A model generated the notes under the pieces. That model was not told the origin of the DNA. It saw only the letters and a program-made list of their open reading frames with translations, and did no database searches. The position numbers and the translations under genes were made by a program. This document shows, piece after piece, positions 8,765 through 18,369 of a stretch of 30,001 nt of DNA (its first letter is position 1; every line of letters starts with the position of its first letter). This stretch comes from Planctomycetota bacterium (GTDB lineage: Bacteria > Planctomycetota > GCA-002687715 > DRQF01): contig JALTLO010000199.1 of NCBI GenBank assembly GCA_027001995.1, positions 1-30,001 on the forward strand. Direction: 5' to 3'.

Positions 8765-10435
8765 TCAAGGAACCAAGAGCATGGCCAATCCATTGGATCC
8801 CGAGACTATTGGCAAGGTCTCAAAGAATTGGATGAATACGTGCTGTCCGCCTAAAGTTGGATGTTGGCGGGAGATCCCTGTGACGTTGATTTCCCCAGAT
8901 GGGCCAAACCCGAAGGCTCCAGAAGTGATGAGGTTGGCGGGTTCGAGAGCAATAAAAAGGGGGAAGCCAAAGATGTTGGCAGTGGAGGGGGCGAAGCTGA
9001 CGCCGAATAATCCGTAGCCAAATGGAGTCCCTCCCTGAATGAGGATGGTGCCGGTTGTGGCATTTGGATCACCCAAGTCTGGAATCCAAGTTTGACTGAT
9101 TCGGACTGGCCCCCGCCCAGAGCTGAAACTCCATACTTTTCGCTGGGGCGCAAGAAGGACGAAAGCACTGCCAGAGTTGACACCGTTGTTGTCCCCAAAA
9201 GTTGATCCGACCACCAGATCGGAGAAACCGTCGCCGGTGATGTCTCCAAGGCCGTCCACTGAGAATCCATAGAGGTCAAAATCGCTATTGCCGTAGGTAG
9301 AAGACAGAATCGATCCATCGAAGCCAGAGAAGACTCGAGCCAACCCCGGTCGACCACTGCCAAACATGGCCTGGAAAGCTCCAACGATGAGGTCACTAAA
9401 TCCGTCTCCGTTGACATCTCCGGCGTCACCTACGGCGTTACCGAAGTGGTCTCCCATAAAGTTGCCTTGAAAGGTGTGAAGGGTGCTACCAGTGGCTCCG
9501 GAGAAGACATAAGCACTGCCAGCGTCACTGGCAGAGGTGTCGCTCAACGCGGCGCCCACGACGATATCTCCCATACCATCACCATCGACGTCTCCGGCGG
9601 CGCTCAGCACCAAGCCGAATCCGTCGTCACTGGCTGGGGCGTTGAAAGTCTGAAGTAAACTGCCATCGGCTCCGGAGAAAAGGCGCACAACACCCATGTT
9701 GGGCCCAGTATTGCCATCATCTTGAGCACCAATGACGAAATCAGGCACATCGTCGGCGTTGGTATCGCCGCAGCCAGAAACTTGGATGCCGAAACGGTCA
9801 TCGGCAGCACCATTATTCAGTGTGAAAAGGACGGCACCATTGAATCCAGAGTAAACGGTGACGGTTCCTGAATCGGTTCCCGTGTTGTCGTCAAAGGGAG
9901 CTCCCACGGCGAAATCATCAAAGCTGTCATCGTCAAGATCACCGACTCCAGCCACAGAAATACCGAATTGGTCGCCGGCATTGTCACCGGTGATGGTGTG
10001 TATGATGCTTCCGTCTTGTCCAGAGTAGACCCGGGCAGTTCCGGAATTGCTGCCGTTGTTGTGATCGAAGTGAGCGCTGACGATGAATTCAGCGAAAGAA
10101 TCACCATTCACATCACCGGCAGCGCTGATGGACATGCCGAATTCATCGCCGGCGGCATCACCCATGATTGAATACAGGACTTGTCCTGTGGCCCCAGAAA
10201 AGACTCGGACCAAACCGCTGTTGATACCGTTGGTACTCACGAAAGGTGAGCCGACGAGAATATCGCCTACGCCATCTCCATCGATGTCGCCTGCGTTTCT
10301 GACTGAGTACCCGAATTGATCGTTGGATGTGTCCCCGTTCAAGACGAACCCTGAAAGTAGTTGAGCGTAACAGGGGGCTCCGTGCCAGCCTAAGGAGATA
10401 AGCAACAGCAATGCCAAGAAGCTTGATCTGAGCAT
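8765..10435 (-). CDS. Secreted FG-GAP repeat (integrin alpha-like beta-propeller) protein
   Basis: Signal peptide MLRSSFLALLLLISLGWHGAPCYA. Seven FG..(A)GD.DGDG..D..VGA-type repeats. AGGA upstream of ATG 10435. Confidence 0.9.
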   Translation of the reverse strand: MLRSSFLALLLLISLGWHGAPCYAQLLSGFVLNGDTSNDQFGYSVRNAGDIDGDGVGDILVGSPFVSTNGINSGLVRVFSGATGQVLYSIMGDAAGDEFGMSISAAGDVNGDSFAEFIVSAHFDHNNGSNSGTARVYSGQDGSIIHTITGDNAGDQFGISVAGVGDLDDDSFDDFAVGAPFDDNTGTDSGTVTVYSGFNGAVLFTLNNGAADDRFGIQVSGCGDTNADDVPDFVIGAQDDGNTGPNMGVVRLFSGADGSLLQTFNAPASDDGFGLVLSAAGDVDGDGMGDIVVGAALSDTSASDAGSAYVFSGATGSTLHTFQGNFMGDHFGNAVGDAGDVNGDGFSDLIVGAFQAMFGSGRPGLARVFSGFDGSILSSTYGNSDFDLYGFSVDGLGDITGDGFSDLVVGSTFGDNNGVNSGSAFVLLAPQRKVWSFSSGRGPVRISQTWIPDLGDPNATTGTILIQGGTPFGYGLFGVSFAPSTANIFGFPLFIALEPANLITSGAFGFGPSGEINVTGISRQHPTLGGQHVFIQFFETLPIVSGSNGLAMLLVP

Positions 10436-10599
10436 AGTTCTTTCCTGATGAGGCGCGAGATTCCCCCCTGGTCCTCGCAAATGAAAACCACCACAGGGAA
10501 ACAGATTTGTCCCTCGATCATGCCAAAAGAAAACTCGGTTGTCACAGACTTTTGGGATTCACTTTCTCGGCAAATTCTCAAGGAAGATGTGTGACTTTG

Positions 10600-10634
10600 C
10601 CACAAGAATTGTGGGATTCGCGTATAGTGTGGCC
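10600..10634 (+). promoter_or_regulatory. Palindromic operator-like site plus a -10 box positioned for a leaderless transcript
   Basis: CCACAA-GAA-TTGTGG at 10600-10614. TATAGT at 10623-10628 lies 6 nt before ATG 10635. No SD sequence. Confidence 0.45.
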
Positions 10635-11927
10635 ATGAACAATGACGCCGTGCGTTTGGATCGTGGACCTCTTCTTAAGTTGTCCATCATGATGTTTCTT
10701 CAGTATGCCATTTGGGGGGCATGGCTGCCCCTCTTTTACGCTTGGCTCACTGAGTTCAAAGGTTTCTCAGGGCAACAAGCTGGTACGCTTTTTGGCGTAG
10801 CAGCCATAGGTGCGTTGATAGCGCCGTTTCTTGCCGGCCAAATTGCCGACCGTTGGTTTGCCACCGAGAAGTTCTTGGCTTTGAGCCATTTATTAGGAGC
10901 AGTCTTGATCTGGATGCTCCCGAATGTTGAGACTTACACCCAGATTTTGGTTTTTGGTCTTCTTTACTCCATCCTCTATTCACCAACTTTGTCTTTGACG
11001 AACTCCATTGCCTTTCACCACATCGCAGACAGCGACCGAGATTTCAGCCGGGTTCGCTTGTGGGGAACGGTTGGTTGGATCGTTGTTGGCATTGGCATGG
11101 GGCAGTGGTTGCTGCGGCACCATTTGCCGGAGGCTGGAGAAACGATCCGGCAGGCGCGGGTGGCCGGGATGACAGATGCCTTTCGAGTCAGTGCCGTCCT
11201 CGGAGGGATTCTCGGGGTGTTTTGTTTTTTCTTACCTCACACCCCTCCCGCCGAAAGTAAGGAACCATTTGCCGCCAAGCGGGCTTTAGTTGAGATCTTA
11301 TTGAATCGCAAGCTCCTGGTTTTGTTTTTGGTCTCCTTCCCTATTAGCTGTGTTCACCAGTTCTACTTTGTTCGGACCGAGGGATTCCTTGGATCTCTCA
11401 AAATGGCCACACCAACCATTGACGCTATTTTCGGTGTTGGAGGTGGGCCCATGACCATTGGGCAAATCTCTGAAATCGCGATTCTGGCTTTGATTCCATT
11501 TGCCTTGGGTTTCATGAATAAGAAATGGCTCCTGTTAGTGGGGCTGGCAGCTTATGCTCTGCGCTTCTTCGTGTTTGCTCATGTGTCGTCGAGCCTCGTT
11601 GTTTTTCTGGCCTTAGCACTGCATGGTCTTTGCTTTGGCTGTTTTTTCTTTGTGGCATTTATGATTGTGGACGAAGAGACAACTACGGATGTACGAGCAA
11701 CGGCTCAGAGCTTCTATAGCTTGATTATCTTTGGCTTGGGAGTCATCGTCGGGAATTTCTTCGCGGGTTATGTTGATGGTTTGGCGGGGGCGAAGGAGTC
11801 GAACCCTGAATTCTATCAGACGCTCTTTGGGATACCCATGTGGGTGTCCATTGCATGTTTTGCTGCCCTGTTTCTTTTCTACCCTCTCAATCAGAAAACT
11901 CTAAAAGAGGCTTCGCGAACAAAATGA
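10635..11927 (+). CDS. MFS transporter, nucleoside:H+ symporter (NupG/XapB-like) family
   Basis: LSIMMFLQYAIWGAW, GQIADRWF, PTLSLTNSIAF, RVRLWGTVGW, MTIGQISEI, LHGLCF; about 12 TM segments. Confidence 0.9.
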   Translation: MNNDAVRLDRGPLLKLSIMMFLQYAIWGAWLPLFYAWLTEFKGFSGQQAGTLFGVAAIGALIAPFLAGQIADRWFATEKFLALSHLLGAVLIWMLPNVETYTQILVFGLLYSILYSPTLSLTNSIAFHHIADSDRDFSRVRLWGTVGWIVVGIGMGQWLLRHHLPEAGETIRQARVAGMTDAFRVSAVLGGILGVFCFFLPHTPPAESKEPFAAKRALVEILLNRKLLVLFLVSFPISCVHQFYFVRTEGFLGSLKMATPTIDAIFGVGGGPMTIGQISEIAILALIPFALGFMNKKWLLLVGLAAYALRFFVFAHVSSSLVVFLALALHGLCFGCFFFVAFMIVDEETTTDVRATAQSFYSLIIFGLGVIVGNFFAGYVDGLAGAKESNPEFYQTLFGIPMWVSIACFAALFLFYPLNQKTLKEASRTK

Positions 11928-13324
11928 AATTTTCAAAGTTCTTTCGACCCCTTGTTCATGCGGCGATTCTTTTTTCTTTCCTCATAGGTGGTCTTTCGGC
12001 GCAAGAAGCACAGAAGATATCTGTCTTGCTTGTCACCGGCGCGAATAATCATGATTGGCCCTATACCTCGAAACATATGGCCGCGGTTTTGACGAAGACG
12101 GGGCGATTCCAAGTCACGACAACAACGGATCCAAAGACGTTCTTGGCCAAGGAAGATTTGAGCCCCTTTCAGGTGGTCTATCTGGACTACAACGGCCCGA
12201 GTTGGGGTGAGGTTGCCAACAAGAAATTCATGGCGGCAGTCGAGAAGGGCCTTGGGGTTTGTGTGGTGCACGCAGCCAACAACGCTTTTGTTGGCTGGAA
12301 AGACTATGAAACCATGTCAGTCTTTTGCTGGCGAAAAGGAACTGGACACGGAAAGTTTCACGTTTTTGATGTGGATGTGATTGACCGCAATCATCCCATC
12401 ACCCGAGATTTTCCACCGATGAAAGCTCACCCCGATGAGCTCTACCACCGCCTCGTTCACATGCACGGGGCCAAGTACAATTTGTTGATGGCGGCTCAGA
12501 GCAGCAAGGAAAGTGGGGGCAGCGGCAGAACTGAGCCCATGGTGGTTACAACAAGGGTTGGCAAGGGGCGGATCTTCCATACACCCCTGGGACATGTCTG
12601 GCCTGAACAACCCAGCACCCGGGCTTCTTTGGCTGACCCTCAACTGCAATTTTTATTGGCACGAGGAACGGAGTGGGCTGCCACGGGGGATTGTACCCTC
12701 AAGGCCATTGAATTTGGCATTCGTCCTTACATTGGCACCAAGGCTAAACGCCCGACGGAAACGTGGGTCAGGCGTTGTGTTTTGGATGGCAAGGCAAGAA
12801 TGATCGTCATCAGTCTCGACGATTGCCTGACGATCGCCTTTGATGCGGCCACTTGCCAGATCTACCGGGCTTGGGGTGGGATTCTTGCGCTCCAAGGAAC
12901 GGTTTATGACGGTGTTCATGGCCCACAACCCAAGGCCATTGGCATTCCTTATTCTACAGAAATCAAGAATCTGACGTCGTCGGACAGGCGGAAATATCTT
13001 GGTTATCGTATTCAGAACAATCAGATCACGTTGCTCTATCGACCCGTGGGCCGTGAGGAAGTCTTGATTGAAGAGACAATCGAGCATGGGGCACTGAGGC
13101 AGGCTGCTCTGCGCAGGGATTTTGTTATCTCCGGGCTGAAGCATGCTGAGAAAATTCGTTTTCATGCCGGGCCAAGAACGAAAGACTTCGCAGTTCAGAT
13201 CACCAGTCGCACAGATAACGTATGGGGTACTTTCAAGAGTCCAGATGCCGACGGGTTTACTGAACTGGGCAATGGGAGACACTTGATTCGACGTCTTTAC
13301 AAGATGACGGGCGAGGAAAAATAG
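11924..13324 (+). CDS. Secreted ThuA-like (class I glutamine amidotransferase-like fold) protein with an additional C-terminal domain
   Basis: ATGA overlap with the MFS stop. Signal peptide, VLLVTGANNHDW, GLGVCVVHAA, HPIT, DELY, GKGRIFHTPLGH, RGTEWAATG. Confidence 0.85.
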   Translation: MKFSKFFRPLVHAAILFSFLIGGLSAQEAQKISVLLVTGANNHDWPYTSKHMAAVLTKTGRFQVTTTTDPKTFLAKEDLSPFQVVYLDYNGPSWGEVANKKFMAAVEKGLGVCVVHAANNAFVGWKDYETMSVFCWRKGTGHGKFHVFDVDVIDRNHPITRDFPPMKAHPDELYHRLVHMHGAKYNLLMAAQSSKESGGSGRTEPMVVTTRVGKGRIFHTPLGHVWPEQPSTRASLADPQLQFLLARGTEWAATGDCTLKAIEFGIRPYIGTKAKRPTETWVRRCVLDGKARMIVISLDDCLTIAFDAATCQIYRAWGGILALQGTVYDGVHGPQPKAIGIPYSTEIKNLTSSDRRKYLGYRIQNNQITLLYRPVGREEVLIEETIEHGALRQAALRRDFVISGLKHAEKIRFHAGPRTKDFAVQITSRTDNVWGTFKSPDADGFTELGNGRHLIRRLYKMTGEEK

Positions 13325-13326
13325 AC

Positions 13327-15951
13327 ATGAAACGATCATTAGTATGGATTTTTGTCCTTCTTGCCCTTTGCTCATCCACCGCTGTGGCCCAAGAAAATCA
13401 AGAGCACGAACCTGGCTGGGACGTTGATGTCTACTGGATTGGGCAGGACATGAAACTCCTGCCAGATCTTGTGGTTGGCCAGACGCCGAATTTCGACGTG
13501 CGTGTTGATGAGATCAACATGGATGGGCCTCAGGAGGAGACGGACTTTGCCCATCATTTTGTCACCATCGCTCGGGCCAAGCTACGGGTTCCCCTGGATG
13601 GCGATTATGAATTCCGCTTGGTGAGTGACGATGGTTCTGTCCTCCTCGTGGACGGAAAAACGGTCATAGATCATGACGGTCTGCATGGGGCTGTAGCGAA
13701 GGAAGCAGCGCTTTCATTGACTGCTGGGAATCATGCCATTGAGGTGCGCCATTTCGAAAATCTAGGGAGTTGGAAAATCTCCTTGGAGTGGCGTCGCCCT
13801 GGAGAGAAGTCCTTCTCATTGTTGGGCAGGGAATTCTGCTCAACTCCCAAGGGTGTCGTGCGGGTCACATCCCCGGGAATGAAGCGCATCAAGAAGCGGG
13901 TCTTTGCCACCGCCCCAGGGGATGGACGTCCTTTGCGCTCCCTTCATCCAAGTTACCGCCTCACCACAGAGCGCCCGTCTGGGTTCGAAAAGAAGATTGG
14001 TGGCCTCGATTTCTTGAGTGATGGCCGTTTGGTCGTTTGTTGTTGGGAACCTGGAGGGGAAGTCTACATTATTGAAGGGGCTCGGGATGACGATCCAAAA
14101 AACAACCGCGCGAAGAAGATAGCCTTTGGCTTGGCCGAACCTTTAGGGCTCAAAGTTGTGGGCAAGAGGCTCTTTGTGCTCCAGAAACAAGAACTAACAG
14201 AACTCATCGATTTAGATGGCGACGAGATCATCGATGAGTATCGTTGTGTCAGTGATGGCTGGACCGTGAGTGCAAATTTTCATGAGTTTGCTTTTGGTCT
14301 GGTAGAGAAGGATGGCTGGCTCTATTTCAATCTGGCCATCGCAATCGACCCCGGTGGAGCGTCCACCAAACCTCAAGTAGAGGATCGCGGTCGAACTGCC
14401 CGGGTGCGTATTGACACCGGTGAACTGGAATTCCTCACCCGTGGTTTGCGCACCCCAAACGGCATTGCCAAGGGACCTGGGGGAGAGATCTTCATAACTG
14501 ACAACCAGGGGGACTGGCTGCCTTCAAGCAAGTTGTTGATCTTGAAAAAGGGAGCCTTCTATGGTCAGCGGGCGGCCTTGCCCAAGGACTGGAAGGAAAA
14601 ACCCGTGACCCCTCCCGTGGTGTGGTTGCCCCAAAACGAGATCGGCAATTCCCCGGCAGAGCCTGCGATGTTTCGAAGCGGGCCCTTCATTGGGCAAATG
14701 GCTATCAGTGATGTCACTCATGGGGGTATCAAGCGGGTCTTCCTGGAAAAGGTCGGCGATGTCTGGCAGGGGGCGGTTTTTCGATTTACCCAAGGATTAG
14801 AGGCTGGCATCAACCGCATGAAGATCCTCGCGGATGGCTCCATTTTCGTGGGAGGCATCGGCCAAGGTGGCAATTGGGGGCAAGAAGGTAAGAAATGGTA
14901 TGGGTTGCAGTGTCTCCATCCAGATGGGCAACCGTCTTTCGAAATTCATGGCATTCGTATTGCCAAGAATGGCTTTCATATCGATTTTACCGAGAAGCTG
15001 GGTTACGGCATGGGAACGGAACTCAGCGACTACAGTATTGAGTCGTTTCGCTACGAAGCGACTGCCGCCTATGGTGGCCCTAAGATTGACAAACGCAAAG
15101 AGAAAATCAGTCAAGTCTACGTTTGGAAGAATCGTCGCCGCGTATTCTTGAACGTAGAGAATCTGCAAGAAGGGCGAGTCTATTATCTACGTTTGGCTTC
15201 GCGACTACGCAGCGAAGAGCACCGAGCGCTTTGGAGTACGGAGGCTTGGTACACCCTCAACAAACTGCCCAAGCGTGTCATGTCCTTGGGCGAATCCCAC
15301 ACCATGGTGCGCCCAGAAAATACTCTGTCCAACAAAGAAAAAGCCGCCGGCTGGAAGCTCCTCTTTGACGGCAAGTCGACGGAGCATTTTCGAGGCTTTA
15401 AGCAAAAGAGCTTTCCGAAAGTAGGTTGGAAAGTTGTCGACGGTGAGCTCTGCCATCTTAAAGGGGAGGGAGGTGGCGACATCATCACCAAAGAAGCCTA
15501 TGGCGATTTTGAATTCCAATGCGAGTGGAATATCAGTCCCGGCGGTAACTCTGGGATCATTTATCGGGTGAACGAACTCGGCCATTCGACTTGGGCATCT
15601 GGCCCAGAAATGCAAGTTCTGGACGATGCTCGCTTGCTCGATCACACTTTGCCAGAGCAGCGGGCGGGGGCCTTGTATGACTTCATTGCTTGTTCGAAAC
15701 AGGCGGTTCGTCCGGCGAGCGAATGGAATCATGCCCGGGTTGTCTTCAAGGACGATATGGTGAGCCACTACTTGAACGGCATCCGCGTGGTGCACTACCG
15801 CTGGAGCCGGGGCTGGTTTCGCGATCACATCGCAAAAACGAAATTTGCCAAGGAACCTCATTTCGCTAAAGCCAAGCGGGGGCACATAGCCTTGCAGGAC
15901 CATCATGACTCTGTACGCTATCGCAACATCATGATTCGTCCTCTCAATTAG
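13327..15951 (+). CDS. Secreted PA14 + beta-propeller (glucose/sorbosone dehydrogenase-like) + DUF1080 (3-keto-disaccharide hydrolase/lyase) protein
   Basis: Signal peptide. PA14: YEFRLVSDDGS..IDHDGLHG. Propeller: GLAEPLG, FHEFAFG, GLRTPNG, DNQGDW. DUF1080: GWKLLFDGK, GNSGI, GPEMQVLDD, GHIALQDH..VRYRNI. Confidence 0.88.
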   Translation: MKRSLVWIFVLLALCSSTAVAQENQEHEPGWDVDVYWIGQDMKLLPDLVVGQTPNFDVRVDEINMDGPQEETDFAHHFVTIARAKLRVPLDGDYEFRLVSDDGSVLLVDGKTVIDHDGLHGAVAKEAALSLTAGNHAIEVRHFENLGSWKISLEWRRPGEKSFSLLGREFCSTPKGVVRVTSPGMKRIKKRVFATAPGDGRPLRSLHPSYRLTTERPSGFEKKIGGLDFLSDGRLVVCCWEPGGEVYIIEGARDDDPKNNRAKKIAFGLAEPLGLKVVGKRLFVLQKQELTELIDLDGDEIIDEYRCVSDGWTVSANFHEFAFGLVEKDGWLYFNLAIAIDPGGASTKPQVEDRGRTARVRIDTGELEFLTRGLRTPNGIAKGPGGEIFITDNQGDWLPSSKLLILKKGAFYGQRAALPKDWKEKPVTPPVVWLPQNEIGNSPAEPAMFRSGPFIGQMAISDVTHGGIKRVFLEKVGDVWQGAVFRFTQGLEAGINRMKILADGSIFVGGIGQGGNWGQEGKKWYGLQCLHPDGQPSFEIHGIRIAKNGFHIDFTEKLGYGMGTELSDYSIESFRYEATAAYGGPKIDKRKEKISQVYVWKNRRRVFLNVENLQEGRVYYLRLASRLRSEEHRALWSTEAWYTLNKLPKRVMSLGESHTMVRPENTLSNKEKAAGWKLLFDGKSTEHFRGFKQKSFPKVGWKVVDGELCHLKGEGGGDIITKEAYGDFEFQCEWNISPGGNSGIIYRVNELGHSTWASGPEMQVLDDARLLDHTLPEQRAGALYDFIACSKQAVRPASEWNHARVVFKDDMVSHYLNGIRVVHYRWSRGWFRDHIAKTKFAKEPHFAKAKRGHIALQDHHDSVRYRNIMIRPLN

Positions 15952-15977
15952 AGATCTCAATGGCTTAGGAGCCCGAT

Positions 15978-17645
15978 ATGTTGAAAGTACTTTTCCTGTT
16001 ACTGGCTTCTTTGTTCTTGGGAGCGTGTGGAGCCGAGGATTCCTCTGGAAATGACAAGGACTCCACTGTAACAAGTGATGGTCAAATCTTGTCAGCTCAA
16101 ACGATTCGTCAGCACATAGCCACCCTTGCTTCGGATGAGTTTGAGGGAAGAGGTCCGAATCAACCCGGGGGCAAGAAAGCATGTGCTTACATCATCGACC
16201 AACTGAAGTCCTTCGGGGTGAAGCCAGGCAACAATGGTTCTTGGCGGCAGCAGGTGCCACTGCGGGAAATCAATAATACGATCATTTCTGCCCGCATCTT
16301 TGGTGACGATGTCCAATGGGACTTAGTTTGGAAAGAGGAGTACGTGGCAGAGAATCGTCGCGGCAATGGTATTCACACAGCCGCCGGTGATTTGGTTTTC
16401 GTTGGCCATGGTGTTCAAGCTCCCGAGTATGGTTGGGACGACTACAAAGGCCTGGACTGCAAGGGGAAGATTTTGGTCATGCTTGTGGGTGATCCACCTT
16501 GCGAAGATCAAGAGCTCTTTGGGGGCAAGGCTATGACCTACTATGGTCGCTGGACCTATAAATTTGACAAGGCCAGGGACATGGGGGCCGCAGGCTGCAT
16601 CATCGTTCATCGTACGAAATGGGCTGGATATCGTTGGGCTGTGATCAAAAATTCCAATGGCGGTCGTCATATGGATGTCTTGGAGCCCGATGCCAACACC
16701 AAGGAGATGGCCGTGGAAGGGTGGGTCCCTTGGGACGTGGCCAAACGCTTAGTTGAAAAGACCGGCAAGACTCTTGAGCAACTCTGTGACCTAGCGGCAA
16801 CGAAAGACTTCAAGCCAGTTCCTCTGCAACTGAAGTACAAAGGGGTGATTCGGACCCGAGAGGACTATTTCACCGACGAAAATATTGTCGGCGTACTTCC
16901 GGGACGTGACCCTTATTTGAAGAATGAGCACATCATTTACACAGCCCATTGGGATCACTTGGGCAAGAACGAAGAAATCAAGGAAGGCGAGGATGGCATT
17001 TATAATGGTGCCTTGGACAACGCCAGTGGTTGTGCCGCAGTGCTGTCCATGGCCGAAACTTTCGCTTCTTTGAGAGGAAACCATGATCGCAGTGTCATGT
17101 TCCTCTTTGTTTGCAGCGAAGAACAGGGTCTCTTAGGAAGCAAATACTATGCACTCAATCCCATCATCCCAGCGAACAAAACTATCGCCAATATCAATAT
17201 TGATGGCATCGGGATGTGGGACGCCACAGAAGATCTCCAGGTTGTTGGTTATGGCCAAAGCTCTTTGGACGGCCTTCTTGAACAAGAATTGAAAGCTGAT
17301 GGCCGATATACGCTTCCTGACACGGAGTCTGAAAAGGGCTATTACTACCGCAGTGACCACTTCAACTTCGCCAAGATCGGAATCCCGGCGCTTTACACCA
17401 AGACTGGTGACAAAGTGAAAGGTAAACCCGCAGACTATTTGATTAAAATTAAGGATACCTGGAGAGCGAACGACTACCATCGGACCAGCGACGAACTTAA
17501 ACCTGACCAGAGTTGTGAAGGGGCAGAAGCAGATGCTCGGGTCTTATATCGGGTTGGCAAGAAACTCTTGATGAGCGATATTTGGCCCACATGGAATGCC
17601 AAGAGTGAGTTTCGTGCAAGGCGGCAAGAGAGCCTGGGGAAATAG
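15978..17645 (+). CDS. M28 family metallopeptidase with PA domain, lipoprotein
   Basis: Lipobox LGAC. LASDEFEGRG, TYYGRWTYK, AHWDHLG, NGALDNASG, EEQGLLGS, RSDHFNF, YH..SD. AGGAG RBS. Confidence 0.92.
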   Translation: MLKVLFLLLASLFLGACGAEDSSGNDKDSTVTSDGQILSAQTIRQHIATLASDEFEGRGPNQPGGKKACAYIIDQLKSFGVKPGNNGSWRQQVPLREINNTIISARIFGDDVQWDLVWKEEYVAENRRGNGIHTAAGDLVFVGHGVQAPEYGWDDYKGLDCKGKILVMLVGDPPCEDQELFGGKAMTYYGRWTYKFDKARDMGAAGCIIVHRTKWAGYRWAVIKNSNGGRHMDVLEPDANTKEMAVEGWVPWDVAKRLVEKTGKTLEQLCDLAATKDFKPVPLQLKYKGVIRTREDYFTDENIVGVLPGRDPYLKNEHIIYTAHWDHLGKNEEIKEGEDGIYNGALDNASGCAAVLSMAETFASLRGNHDRSVMFLFVCSEEQGLLGSKYYALNPIIPANKTIANINIDGIGMWDATEDLQVVGYGQSSLDGLLEQELKADGRYTLPDTESEKGYYYRSDHFNFAKIGIPALYTKTGDKVKGKPADYLIKIKDTWRANDYHRTSDELKPDQSCEGAEADARVLYRVGKKLLMSDIWPTWNAKSEFRARRQESLGK

Positions 17646-17646
17646 A

Positions 17647-18369
17647 ATGCGCACTTTAATTACAGGGATGAGCTCTGGGATTGGACTGGGACTAGCACGG
17701 GGTCACTTACTTCGGGGTGATCACGTCTTTGGACTTAGTCGCCGGCCTCCAACGGAAGAGCTTCCCAGTGAAGAGTGGTCCTTCGCGTCTGTTGATTTGA
17801 CCGATTTTGAAGGGGCGGCGGAAGGGATCAAGGAGCTCCTCAGTGGTGTGGCTGAGTTAGAGACGATTTGGTTGAACGCTGGCGTTCTTGGTGAGTTAAA
17901 AGACATGTCAGAGAGTTCAATCGAAGACATGCAACGGACTTTTGATCTCAATGTCTGGGCCAACAAGGTGGTCTTAGATACGGTATTTGCTGCTGGTATT
18001 GCGGTGAAACGGGTGGTCGCAATTTCTTCAGGCGCGGCCGTCAACGGGAGCCGTGGTTGGAACGGCTATGCTATTTCAAAAGCAGCACTCAACATGCTCA
18101 TACAACTTTACGCCGCTGAACGCCCCCAAGTTCATTTCATTGCTTTAGCTCCGGGTTTGGTGGATACAGCGATGCAAGATTACATTTGTGATTTGCCGAA
18201 GAGTGAAAAGCGACCCAGCGTAGAAAAATTACGAGCGGCCCGAGGTACTGAGAATATGCCGGGACCCAAGGAAGCAGCCCAACATCTCCTGACTTTGTTG
18301 CCAACAATAGATTCCCTGCCTAACGGCAGTTTTGCAGATATTCGCCTTTTGTCGGAGACATCCAAATGA
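17647..18369 (+). CDS. Short-chain dehydrogenase/reductase (sepiapterin/benzil reductase-like)
   Basis: LITGMSSGIG, LNAG, ISSGAA, YAISKAA, APGLVDTAMQ. Confidence 0.88.
   Translation: MRTLITGMSSGIGLGLARGHLLRGDHVFGLSRRPPTEELPSEEWSFASVDLTDFEGAAEGIKELLSGVAELETIWLNAGVLGELKDMSESSIEDMQRTFDLNVWANKVVLDTVFAAGIAVKRVVAISSGAAVNGSRGWNGYAISKAALNMLIQLYAAERPQVHFIALAPGLVDTAMQDYICDLPKSEKRPSVEKLRAARGTENMPGPKEAAQHLLTLLPTIDSLPNGSFADIRLLSETSK

Noticed and set aside
9140..10330. Repeated units considered as a CRISPR or DNA repeat array
   Set aside because: The repeats are degenerate at DNA level and correspond to protein FG-GAP repeats.
12653..16182. Long minus-strand ORFs (240 aa and 325 aa)
   Set aside because: They lie antisense to well-supported genes and show no motifs.
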